Shown here: positions 1 to 7,237 of the stretch, piece by piece | Layout of the letters: each line of letters begins with the position of its first letter | Position numbering within the stretch: position 1 is the stretch's first letter | Source: Gammaproteobacteria bacterium | GTDB taxonomy: Bacteria > Pseudomonadota > Gammaproteobacteria > JBIOEC01 | NCBI GenBank assembly: GCA_965279305.1 | Contig: OZ257143.1 | Location: 810,001 to 842,000 of the forward strand | Direction: 5' to 3' | DNA: 32,000 nucleotides | The notes under the pieces: model-generated | What the model saw: only the letters and a program-made list of their open reading frames with translations | The model's database searches: none | What the model was told of the DNA's origin: nothing | Translations under genes and position numbers: made by a program

Positions 1-412
1 CTCCAACCTCAACAGCAGCACCTAGAGGGAGAGACGAGACGCCAACGGCCTCTCTAGTATGTTTTCCTTTTTCTTGGAAAAATTCAACTAATAAATCTGA
101 GGCACCATTGATTACTTGTGAATGTAAAGTGAAGTCTGGCAAAGAATTCACAAAACCCGATACTTTGATGCACTGTCGTACTCGTGAAAAATCACCTACT
201 GCTGCTTTTAGCTGAGCCAAAATATAATAAGCGCATAATCTGGCTGCCTCTGTACCTTTTTCTATGGTTATATCTTGTCCTACTTTCCCGGAAAATTTTA
301 ATTTACCGTTTTCCATAGGAAGTTGTCCCGAAATGTATACCATGTTGTGAGTAATTACGTAGGGAATGAAATTAGCGGTTGGTGCAGTTAAAGTGGGTAG
401 TTCTATTTTCAT
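1..412 (-). CDS. RidA/YjgF/L-PSP family protein; 3' end cut by the window edge
   Basis: Absent from the ORF track because it runs open to the window edge. My minus-strand translation from the ATG at 412-410 gives MKIELPTLTAPTANFIPYVITHNMVYISGQLPMENGKLKFSGKVGQDITIEKGTEAARLCAYYILAQLKAAVGDF...GKHTREAVGVSSLPLGAAVEV. The YISGQ motif and the R-x-AVGV..LP.GA.VE C-terminal motif are typical of the family. A GAGAGG SD lies a few nt upstream. Confidence 0.8.
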   Translation of the reverse strand, partial: MKIELPTLTAPTANFIPYVITHNMVYISGQLPMENGKLKFSGKVGQDITIEKGTEAARLCAYYILAQLKAAVGDFSRVRQCIKVSGFVNSLPDFTLHSQVINGASDLLVEFFQEKGKHTREAVGVSSLPLGAAVEVG

Positions 413-527
413 TTTTTTCCTCTCAGTAAGTATTTTTCCCGATGTTGATGTTTATTTAATAGATTTAAAATTATTTTACCCTTTTTTTTATTTATTAAAA
501 GATAAACATCACCAAAGATTACAATTT

Positions 528-749
528 ATGTATAAAAAATCGATCACTATTTCTGATTGGCGGGATATGCTGGTAGAAATAAGAGAGGCTGGATATACAC
601 TGAGAGAGATATCGCGGGTAACCGGGGTTTCTAGAACTACCTTGGATCGATGGTCCAAAAGCGATAAGGAATTACCCCATCATTATCTATTTTCAAAGAT
701 GCTGTATTTTTACTCTCACCACCACTTAAAAAAGTCTATTTTCGCCTAA
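528..749 (+). CDS. Small (73 aa) putative helix-turn-helix DNA-binding protein
   Basis: This is the C-terminal part of track ORF 366..749, taken from the internal Met (MYKKSITISDWRDMLVEIREAGYTLREISRVTGVSRTTLDRWSK...). 'YTLREISRVTGVSRTTLDRW' looks like a classic HTH. The upstream part of the track ORF overlaps the ridA-like gene and is low complexity. There is no clear SD, so the gene is uncertain. Confidence 0.4.
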   Translation: MYKKSITISDWRDMLVEIREAGYTLREISRVTGVSRTTLDRWSKSDKELPHHYLFSKMLYFYSHHHLKKSIFA

Positions 750-923
750 TCCCCCTTGTTTATTTAAGCTCTAGCCCCCATAAAGGTAAGATATCTACGA
801 TATTTGTAAGCTATCTTGCCTAAATTTAAGGTTGGTTTTGAGAAATTGAGCAGGGGAGATAGGTCAGATGCCTTCACTATAGAGCTGTTTTAGCCTCTAG
901 GAAGGGTCTGTCAGAATAAAGTA

Positions 924-932
924 TGGTATACT
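924..932 (+). promoter_or_regulatory. Candidate extended -10 promoter element (TGgTATACT) for ftsH
   Basis: TG at 924-925 and TATACT at 927-932, about 30 nt upstream of the ftsH ATG. I saw no convincing -35. Confidence 0.3.
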
Positions 933-963
933 CAACAAGTTTAACTCACGATGGAATTCTATA

Positions 964-2892
964 ATGAATGCAATGTTAAAAAACTTAGTTATTTGGCTCA
1001 TAATTGCTCTGGTGCTGATGTCTATATTCAGCAACTTCGGTGGCAAAAACTTTGGTGCGCCTGTTATCAACTACTCTGATTTCTTACACAGAGTGGAAAC
1101 CAATTCTATACAACGTGTAGTGATTGATCACAACACGATTACGGCTTTCGATCGTAATAATCAAAAATTCATTACTTATATGCCTATGGATGATCCAGGC
1201 TTAATGAATGATTTGATTAAAAACAAAGTAGCAGTGGAAGGACAACCTCCTGAACAACAAAGCTTATTGTTACAAATCTTTATTAACTGGTTCCCTATCC
1301 TTCTCTTTATTGGTGTGTGGATATTCTTTATGCGCCAAATGCAAGGTGGCGGCGGACGTGGCGGCGCGCTTTCTTTTGGTAAAAGTCGTGCACGCTTATT
1401 AACTGAAAATCAAACTAAAGTAACTTTCGCTGATGTGGCAGGTTGCGAAGAAGCTAAAGATGATGTGCGCGAGTTAGTAGAATTTTTACGCGAACCTGCT
1501 AAGTTCCAAAAAATTGGTGGTCGTATTCCTCGCGGCGTATTAATGATTGGACCTCCTGGTACCGGTAAAACATTATTAGCACGCGCGATTGCGGGCGAAG
1601 CACGCGTTCCTTTCTTTACGATTTCAGGTTCTGATTTCGTTGAAATGTTTGTAGGTGTTGGTGCTTCTCGTGTACGTGATATGTTTGAGCAAGCAAAAAA
1701 ACAAGCGCCTTGTATTATTTTTATCGATGAAATCGATGCTGTGGGTCGTCATCGTGGTGCAGGTTTAGGCGGCGGTCATGATGAACGCGAACAAACATTA
1801 AACCAATTATTAGTAGAAATGGATGGCTTTGAAGGTTCTGAAGGTGTGATTGTAATCGCAGCGACTAACCGTCCTGACGTTTTAGATCCCGCTTTATTAC
1901 GCCCAGGTCGTTTTGATAGACAAGTAGTTGTAGGATTACCTGACATCCGTGGACGCGAACAAATTTTACAAGTGCATTTACGTAAAGTATCAGCAGGACC
2001 TGATGTAGATCCTTCTGTGATTGCACGTGGTACACCTGGATTCTCAGGTGCTGATTTAGCAAACTTGGTGAACGAAGCGGCTTTATTAACCGCGCGCCAA
2101 AATAAAAACATGATCAGCATGAACGAATTAGAATTAGCGAAAGATAAAATTATGTTGGGTGCAGAACGCCGCTCAATGGTAATGACAGAAGCTGAAAAGA
2201 AATTAACGGCTTATCATGAATCAGGTCATACTATTGTTGGCCGCTTAGTGCCAGAGCATGATCCCGTTTATAAAGTAACGATTATTCCTCGTGGTCGTGC
2301 ATTAGGTGTAACTATGTACTTACCTGATCAAGATCGTTATAGCTACAATAAACGTCGTCTTGAAAGCCAAATCGCCAGTTTGTTTGGTGGACGTTTAGCG
2401 GAAGAATTAATTTTCGGTAAAGAATTTGTGACCACCGGTGCATCTAACGATATCGAACGCGCAAGTGAAATTGCACGTAAGATGGTAACTCGTTGGGGCT
2501 TGTCAGATGAATTAGGGCCATTAACTTATGGTCAAGAAGAAGGTGAAGTGTTCTTAGGCCATTCTGTGACTCGTCATAAAGAGTTTTCAGAAAACACGGC
2601 GAATACTATTGATAAAGAAGTGCGTGCCATTATCGAACGTAATTATGTATTGGCTAAAAAAATATTAGAAGATAATATCGCTAAATTACATTTAATGGCA
2701 GAAGCGTTAATTAAATATGAAACCTTAGATAGCAAACAAATTGAAGCTATTATGGAAGGTCGTACACCTGAACCACCAGCGGGTTGGGATGATAAATCTT
2801 CTGGTAAACCTGCAGCAGCAGTAGTAGCTAAAGAAGAAAAACCTAAAAAAGATACAGGCTCTTCTGAAGGCACCGCTACTTCTGTCGCCTAA
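964..2892 (+). CDS. ftsH: ATP-dependent zinc metalloprotease FtsH
   Basis: 642 aa with an N-terminal TM segment, Walker A GPPGTGKT, Walker B IIFIDEID, the AAA second region of homology, and the zinc motif HESGH. Collinear with E. coli FtsH throughout. Confidence 0.97.
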   Translation: MNAMLKNLVIWLIIALVLMSIFSNFGGKNFGAPVINYSDFLHRVETNSIQRVVIDHNTITAFDRNNQKFITYMPMDDPGLMNDLIKNKVAVEGQPPEQQSLLLQIFINWFPILLFIGVWIFFMRQMQGGGGRGGALSFGKSRARLLTENQTKVTFADVAGCEEAKDDVRELVEFLREPAKFQKIGGRIPRGVLMIGPPGTGKTLLARAIAGEARVPFFTISGSDFVEMFVGVGASRVRDMFEQAKKQAPCIIFIDEIDAVGRHRGAGLGGGHDEREQTLNQLLVEMDGFEGSEGVIVIAATNRPDVLDPALLRPGRFDRQVVVGLPDIRGREQILQVHLRKVSAGPDVDPSVIARGTPGFSGADLANLVNEAALLTARQNKNMISMNELELAKDKIMLGAERRSMVMTEAEKKLTAYHESGHTIVGRLVPEHDPVYKVTIIPRGRALGVTMYLPDQDRYSYNKRRLESQIASLFGGRLAEELIFGKEFVTTGASNDIERASEIARKMVTRWGLSDELGPLTYGQEEGEVFLGHSVTRHKEFSENTANTIDKEVRAIIERNYVLAKKILEDNIAKLHLMAEALIKYETLDSKQIEAIMEGRTPEPPAGWDDKSSGKPAAAVVAKEEKPKKDTGSSEGTATSVA

Positions 2893-2896
2893 GTAA

Positions 2897-3038
2897 ATCA
2901 CCTCTCCCCTTGTGGGAGAGGGTGAGCTGCATAGCAGCGAACGCCAAAACCAAGGAAGGTTTTGGCAGGCTTTCCGCGTAGCCAGGATGGCGTAGCGAGA
3001 AAGCTGCGAAGCAGAGGCGGGTGAGGGGTAATAATCAC
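2897..3038. repeat. Structured MITE/REP-like intergenic element, long copy (about 142 bp)
   Basis: It shares a 25-nt left end (ATCACCTCTCCCCTTGTGGGAGAGG, 2897-2921) and a 12-nt right end (CGGGTGAGGGGT, 3018-3029) with the copy at 23058-23127. The ends form imperfect inverted repeats. Internal hairpins include CCTCTCCC/GGGAGAGG, GCTGC-ATA-GCAGC and GCCAAAACC-AAGGAA-GGTTTTGGC. ATCAC is present at both extremities (2897-2901 and 3034-3038). Confidence 0.75.
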
Positions 3039-3715
3039 TTCGCTAGCATTGATACTAATTTTCCGCCTAAATCATGCGCTTTATCTGCAAGCTCGGCTGT
3101 CCATTCCAACATTTTATAAAGCCCCATGACATCAACCGAATATAATTCAGATTCTAATGCGAATACGGCATTGCGGGCTAAAATTTGGCCTTTATCCGTT
3201 TCGTTTTCTAGCGTATCTAATTCAACAATCATATGATTCAAATCTTGAATAAAAGCTTTTTGGGCTTTTGCACCTGCCGCTTTTTCTAAATGATTAATCA
3301 CATCATATGTTTGGTAAATAGCCGCAATACTTTTATTCAGCATAGGAAAAAATTCAGCGCCTACGCTAGGTGGCAGATTTAATTGTCTGCCTAGAACTAA
3401 TCCAGTAATGGCAAGCGCTTTGTTGGCGATTTGAGTTTGTAATTGTAAAAGACGGATCACTTCTTTTTGAATAACGGGTGCAAATAAATCTTCATCTAAT
3501 GTGCTGCTTGCTTTCTGAAGCATATCTCTGGCTTGCTGTGTTAGCTCTATCATTTTTTCGCGATCAGCGTTGGCAGCTTCCCAGTTACCGTGCAGTACAT
3601 CATTAAAAAAATCGAGCAGTACTTGTGTATCGGTATAAACGATATACATATGCTGCACTAAATATTGCAGAGAGGAGTGACCCACTAATTGATACAGCGA
3701 GTTTTTTATAGACAT
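3035..3715 (-). CDS. DUF47 / TIGR00153-family protein (PhoU-like, Pit-accessory type)
   Basis: 226 aa, all helical. The C-terminal block 'FALESELYSVDVMGLYKMLEWTAELADKAHDLGGKLVSMLAK' closely matches the conserved FALESEL..VDVM.LYK..EW...LAD signature that I recall for this family. Confidence 0.85.
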   Translation of the reverse strand: MSIKNSLYQLVGHSSLQYLVQHMYIVYTDTQVLLDFFNDVLHGNWEAANADREKMIELTQQARDMLQKASSTLDEDLFAPVIQKEVIRLLQLQTQIANKALAITGLVLGRQLNLPPSVGAEFFPMLNKSIAAIYQTYDVINHLEKAAGAKAQKAFIQDLNHMIVELDTLENETDKGQILARNAVFALESELYSVDVMGLYKMLEWTAELADKAHDLGGKLVSMLAK

Positions 3716-3721
3716 AAGATC

Positions 3722-4786
3722 CTAGCTATTAATTTTAGGAACGTAGATCCCTTTTGTATATCGTGCAGCCATTTCTTCTAAAGATAAGGGATTAATTTTA
3801 TCCGCCCAACCAGCTGTACCAAACGCTTCGTAACGTTCTTTACAAATATCATACATGGCTGCAGTCGCTTTTTTCAAATAGCTGCGAGGGTCAAATTCTT
3901 TAGGATTTTCTGCAAAGAATTTTCGAATAGCGCCGGTAGAAGCCATGCGTAAATCGGTATCGATATTCACTTTACGCACGCCGTTTTTAATACCTTCTTG
4001 AATTTCTTTCAATGGCACGCCATAAGTTTCACCTAAATCGCCGCCGTATTTATTAATAGTGGCTAGCCAATCTTGTGGAACAGAAGAAGAGCCGTGCATG
4101 ACCAAATGTGTATTAGGAATACGTTTATGAATGGCTTTAATACGTTCAATGGCTAAAATTTCGCCTGTAGGTGGGCGAGAAAACTTATAAGCACCATGGC
4201 TGGTACCAATCGCAATGGCTAATGCATCTACTTGTGTCGCTTGTACAAATCGTGCAGCTTCTTCAGGATCGGTTAGCAATTGATCATGGCTTAATACACC
4301 TTCGGCACCTGAGCCATCTTCTTCACCGGCTTGTCCGGTTTCTAAAGAGCCTAAGCAACCTAATTCGCCTTCCACGGAAACACCACAAGCATGAGCCATA
4401 TCAACTGTTCTTTGTGTAACAGAAACGTTGTAATCAAAATCAGCTGGGGTTTTCATATCTTCTTTAAGAGAGCCGTCCATCATCACAGAAGAAAAACCTA
4501 ATTGGATGGAACGTTGGCATATCGCGGGAGAGGCACCATGATCTTGATGCATGCACACAGGAATATGAGGCCATTCTTCAATAGCGGCTAAAATAAGGTG
4601 GCGTAAAAAGGGCGCTCCGGCATATTTGCGAGCCCCAGCAGAAGCTTGCACAATCACAGGGCTATTGGTGTCGTGAGCGGCCTGCATAATGGCACGCATT
4701 TGCTCTAAGTTGTTAACATTGAAAGCGGGCACGCCATAGTGATGTTCGGCGGCGTGATCGAGTAATTGGCGCAAAGTAATTAGCAT
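3722..4786 (-). CDS. fba: Class II fructose-1,6-bisphosphate aldolase
   Basis: The track ORF is 3722..4819. I prefer the Met at 4786 ([26 protein letters not shown]...), which gives 354 aa with an AAGGA SD 7 nt upstream. Zn-aldolase motifs are present (HQDHG, GSSSVPQ, NIDTDLR). Confidence 0.95.
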   Translation of the reverse strand: MLITLRQLLDHAAEHHYGVPAFNVNNLEQMRAIMQAAHDTNSPVIVQASAGARKYAGAPFLRHLILAAIEEWPHIPVCMHQDHGASPAICQRSIQLGFSSVMMDGSLKEDMKTPADFDYNVSVTQRTVDMAHACGVSVEGELGCLGSLETGQAGEEDGSGAEGVLSHDQLLTDPEEAARFVQATQVDALAIAIGTSHGAYKFSRPPTGEILAIERIKAIHKRIPNTHLVMHGSSSVPQDWLATINKYGGDLGETYGVPLKEIQEGIKNGVRKVNIDTDLRMASTGAIRKFFAENPKEFDPRSYLKKATAAMYDICKERYEAFGTAGWADKINPLSLEEMAARYTKGIYVPKINS

Positions 4787-4864
4787 GGGGCAATCCTTAA
4801 AATGAAGGTGATATGGCATAGATTATGCCATAAAAGAGGGTACCGAGTCGATTGTCTAGGCCGC

Positions 4865-5971
4865 CTAAACTGGAGCTTGGGTGGTGGTTGATGTGGGAGG
4901 TGGAGGTGTTGAATTAGTGCTTAGGGCAAAGTCGGGTTTCTCGACTATCGCACATAAGCGCTCTTCAAGACCAACCAGAGTAGCTGCGTCATTAATACCT
5001 GGATCATAAGTAGATAATTGCTTTAAAAAATCTCGATCAGCTCCTGAAAATTTTTCTGACCATCGTTCAATTAAGCTTTTTATCAGAGTATTGATATTAA
5101 TTTGTATATCGCGGTTAATCTGATGCAGATCAAGTGATAATAATGTGATAGAAACAATAAACAAGCCAGTAAAGAGAGCACCTACAATAGAAAAAGCGAG
5201 ATAGCTCAGTTGGTATAATTGGGAAAAACTTATGGCAAGCGCGGATGAATTATTTTCATCAGAGTTTCTGGTAGCCTTTTCTCTTTGAAAAATTGGTGCA
5301 ACAGTCGGATATAGAAAAGAAGGTTCTGCATTATTCTCGTTAGAAGTTATGTAAAAAGCATACAAAAGGCTTCCAACTCCTATTAAAAAACTTAAAGCCG
5401 CTATCCATCGGATCCGGTCAGTTTTTCTTGAATATAAATAAATAACATAATGTTTATAAACTTCGTTCATTCTATCGGTCTTTCCTGGCATCTCTAACCA
5501 GAAATATTTTCGTAGAGTTATGTTTTTTTTGGGAACTGTAATAAAAGCATAAAGCACTTGAAGAAAATAAAATTTATTAATATCGGCTTGTGATGCAGGT
5601 GAAACAGTATTGTTTTCTGTAGGAATAGCGCGTGATGAGAGTTGCCTTTGCATTTCATGCGATAAAGGGGTGTGAATAAACAATCCTGTGCTAATTTTTA
5701 TTAGAATGCTAGAGCGTAATTGAATTAAAAGAATTATATAAAAAGCATGTTCCAGCTGAGAAAGAGATTTTGTTCGATAAGAGTTTGATAGTGAGACAAG
5801 TGCCTCCCCAGCTTTTTTAAACAGCTCTGCACCGGTATTTATTTCTCTTAATTCAAAATCTCTGCCTATATATCCTTTTTCAATTCCCTTTTTAATGGCT
5901 TCTCGAATAGCGCGAAATTCTGGTCTCGCAGTTTTTGATATATCTGTTAATAATTCTTTTAAATATTTCAT
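4865..5971 (-). CDS. Hypothetical membrane protein with two predicted TM helices; no family recognised
   Basis: 368-aa ORF co-oriented with pgk and fba. Hydrophobic segments are IRWIAALSFLIGVGSLLYAFYI and LSYLAFSIVGALFTGLFIVSITLLSL. The C-terminal tail is STNSTPPPPTSTTTQAPV. There is no SD before the ATG, and the sequence is AT-rich relative to its flanks. Confidence 0.6.
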   Translation of the reverse strand: MKYLKELLTDISKTARPEFRAIREAIKKGIEKGYIGRDFELREINTGAELFKKAGEALVSLSNSYRTKSLSQLEHAFYIILLIQLRSSILIKISTGLFIHTPLSHEMQRQLSSRAIPTENNTVSPASQADINKFYFLQVLYAFITVPKKNITLRKYFWLEMPGKTDRMNEVYKHYVIYLYSRKTDRIRWIAALSFLIGVGSLLYAFYITSNENNAEPSFLYPTVAPIFQREKATRNSDENNSSALAISFSQLYQLSYLAFSIVGALFTGLFIVSITLLSLDLHQINRDIQININTLIKSLIERWSEKFSGADRDFLKQLSTYDPGINDAATLVGLEERLCAIVEKPDFALSTNSTPPPPTSTTTQAPV

Positions 5972-5994
5972 GGTACTACTGAAGAATGAATAAA

Positions 5995-7170
5995 TTAATG
6001 AGAGCGATCTTCTAACACCTCTAGAGCTGGTAAGCTGGCGCCGCCTAAAAATTCTAAGAAAACACCACCACCCGTAGAGATATAAGAAATATCTTTTTCA
6101 AGATGATATTGTTCAATAGCTGCTAATGTATCACCGCCACCTGCAAGGCTAAAGGCTTTGCTATTGGCAATGGCGTTAGCTATTGCTTCAGTGCCTTTGC
6201 TAAACGCAGGCATTTCAAAAACACCTACTGGGCCATTCCAAATAATCGTGCCAGCAGAACCTAATTGTTCTTTGTATAGCGCAATAGTTTCAGGGCCAAT
6301 ATCTAAAATCATATGATCATCAGGCACTTGATCGACTTTGCACGTATAAGCAAAAGCAGTAGGGCTAAATTCTGCAGCCGTAACCACATCCACAGGCAAA
6401 GGCAATAAAGCACCGCGTGCATATAATTGCTCTTGTAAATGTTTAGCGACGGGAAGTAAATCAGGTTCATAAAGCGATTTACCAATCTTAAAACCATTAG
6501 CAGCTAAAAAAGTATTAGCAATACCGCCACCTACAATTAAACAATCTACTTTGCTTACCAGTTGCTCTAACACCGATAATTTACTGGATACTTTACTTCC
6601 GCCTACCACCGCTACTAAAGGGCGTTGTGGTGCAACCAGCGCCGATTGTAAGGCTTTTACTTCAGCTAATACCAATGGGCCAGCGCAGGCCACCGGTGCA
6701 AAGCGCGCAATACTATGAGTAGAAGCATGCGCACGGTGTGCAGCACCAAAAGCATCCATCACATACACATCACAAAGCTTAGCCATTTTCTCAGCTAGCA
6801 AAGGATCGTCTTCTTCTTCACCTGCCAAAAAGCGCACGTTTTCGGCTATCACTATTTCGCCAGGTTGCATAGTTACGCCATTGATCCACTCTTTTTCTAA
6901 ACGTACGGGTTGGCCTAATAGTTCACTTAAATGTTTTGCAATAGGGGATAAAGAGAAAGCGGGATCATAATGGCCTTCTTTGGGGCGTCCTAAATGGCTG
7001 ACTAATAAAATAGCGGCATTGGCTTTAAGTGCCTGTTTAATGGTAGGTAAAGCGGCACGAATGCGTGCATCATTGGTGATCTGGCCATCTTTCATAGGTA
7101 CATTGAAATCTACGCGAATAAGAACGCGCTTATGATGAATATCCACATCAGCCAAAGACAATAAATGCAT
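5995..7170 (-). CDS. pgk: Phosphoglycerate kinase
   Basis: 391 aa. The N-terminal 'RVDFNVP' and the 'SHLGRPKEG' and 'STGGGVFLEFLGG' motifs are present. An AGAGG SD lies 6 nt upstream. Confidence 0.97.
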   Translation of the reverse strand: MHLLSLADVDIHHKRVLIRVDFNVPMKDGQITNDARIRAALPTIKQALKANAAILLVSHLGRPKEGHYDPAFSLSPIAKHLSELLGQPVRLEKEWINGVTMQPGEIVIAENVRFLAGEEEDDPLLAEKMAKLCDVYVMDAFGAAHRAHASTHSIARFAPVACAGPLVLAEVKALQSALVAPQRPLVAVVGGSKVSSKLSVLEQLVSKVDCLIVGGGIANTFLAANGFKIGKSLYEPDLLPVAKHLQEQLYARGALLPLPVDVVTAAEFSPTAFAYTCKVDQVPDDHMILDIGPETIALYKEQLGSAGTIIWNGPVGVFEMPAFSKGTEAIANAIANSKAFSLAGGGDTLAAIEQYHLEKDISYISTGGGVFLEFLGGASLPALEVLEDRSH

Positions 7171-7205
7171 ACCGTACCTCTTAACACATTTGAAACCGTT
7201 GCGTA

Positions 7206-7233
7206 ATTATACCGGTATTAGCGTGATTTCCAA
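7206..7233 (-). promoter_or_regulatory. Candidate sigma70 promoter for pgk (TTGGAA-N16-TATAAT)
   Basis: On the minus strand the -35 TTGGAA is at 7233-7228 and a perfect -10 TATAAT at 7211-7206. It sits immediately after the stop of the LRR ORF and about 35 nt before the pgk ATG. Confidence 0.5.
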
Positions 7234-7237
7234 AATT

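Noticed and set aside
366-527. N-terminal 54 aa of track ORF 366..749
   Set aside because: It overlaps the 5' end of the minus-strand ridA-like gene (to 412) and then runs through AT-rich promoter-like sequence (FFLSVSIFPDVDVYLIDLKLFYPFFYLLK). Only the part from the Met at 528 looks protein-like.
1776-2120. Antisense or alternative-frame ORFs inside ftsH (1776..2120, 1865..2062, 2643..2873)
   Set aside because: They lie entirely inside a confidently identified, full-length ftsH CDS. Their composition is low complexity and they have no start signals, so they look like shadow ORFs.
2893-2925. Hairpin CCTCTCCC-CTTGT-GGGAGAGG as a canonical intrinsic terminator of ftsH
   Set aside because: No U-tract follows it, and the same sequence recurs at 23061-23082 inside an operon. 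It is therefore better explained as part of the repeat element, although it may still affect 3'-end formation.
4171-4419. Track ORFs nested in housekeeping genes or crossing their junctions: 4171..4419 (fba), 6309..6497 (pgk), 9176..9385 and 9497..9679 (gap), 10892..11146 (tkt), 13853..14113 (lptF), 14795..14980 and 15250..15462 (lptG), 16988..17182, 17490..17684 and 17726..17911 (waaP fusion), 18333..18581 (degP), 19697..19966 (across the yhcB start and hydrolase end), 20317..20664 (across the hydrolase/sco1 junction), 28568..28828 (mutY)
   Set aside because: Each overlaps a strongly supported CDS on the opposite strand or in another frame. None has a recognisable motif or an SD.
4787-4819. 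11-codon N-terminal extension of fba ([11 protein letters not shown])
   Set aside because: The upstream ATG is created by the inverted repeat at 4813-4831. The downstream Met has an AAGGA SD and gives the canonical aldolase N-terminus.
4865-5971. Possibility that the ORFan between pgk and fba is a degraded pyruvate kinase
   Set aside because: The 368-aa translation shows none of the pyruvate kinase motifs and contains two TM helices. It is an intact ORF with no frameshift remnants, so it is a replacement or an unrelated insertion rather than a pseudogene.
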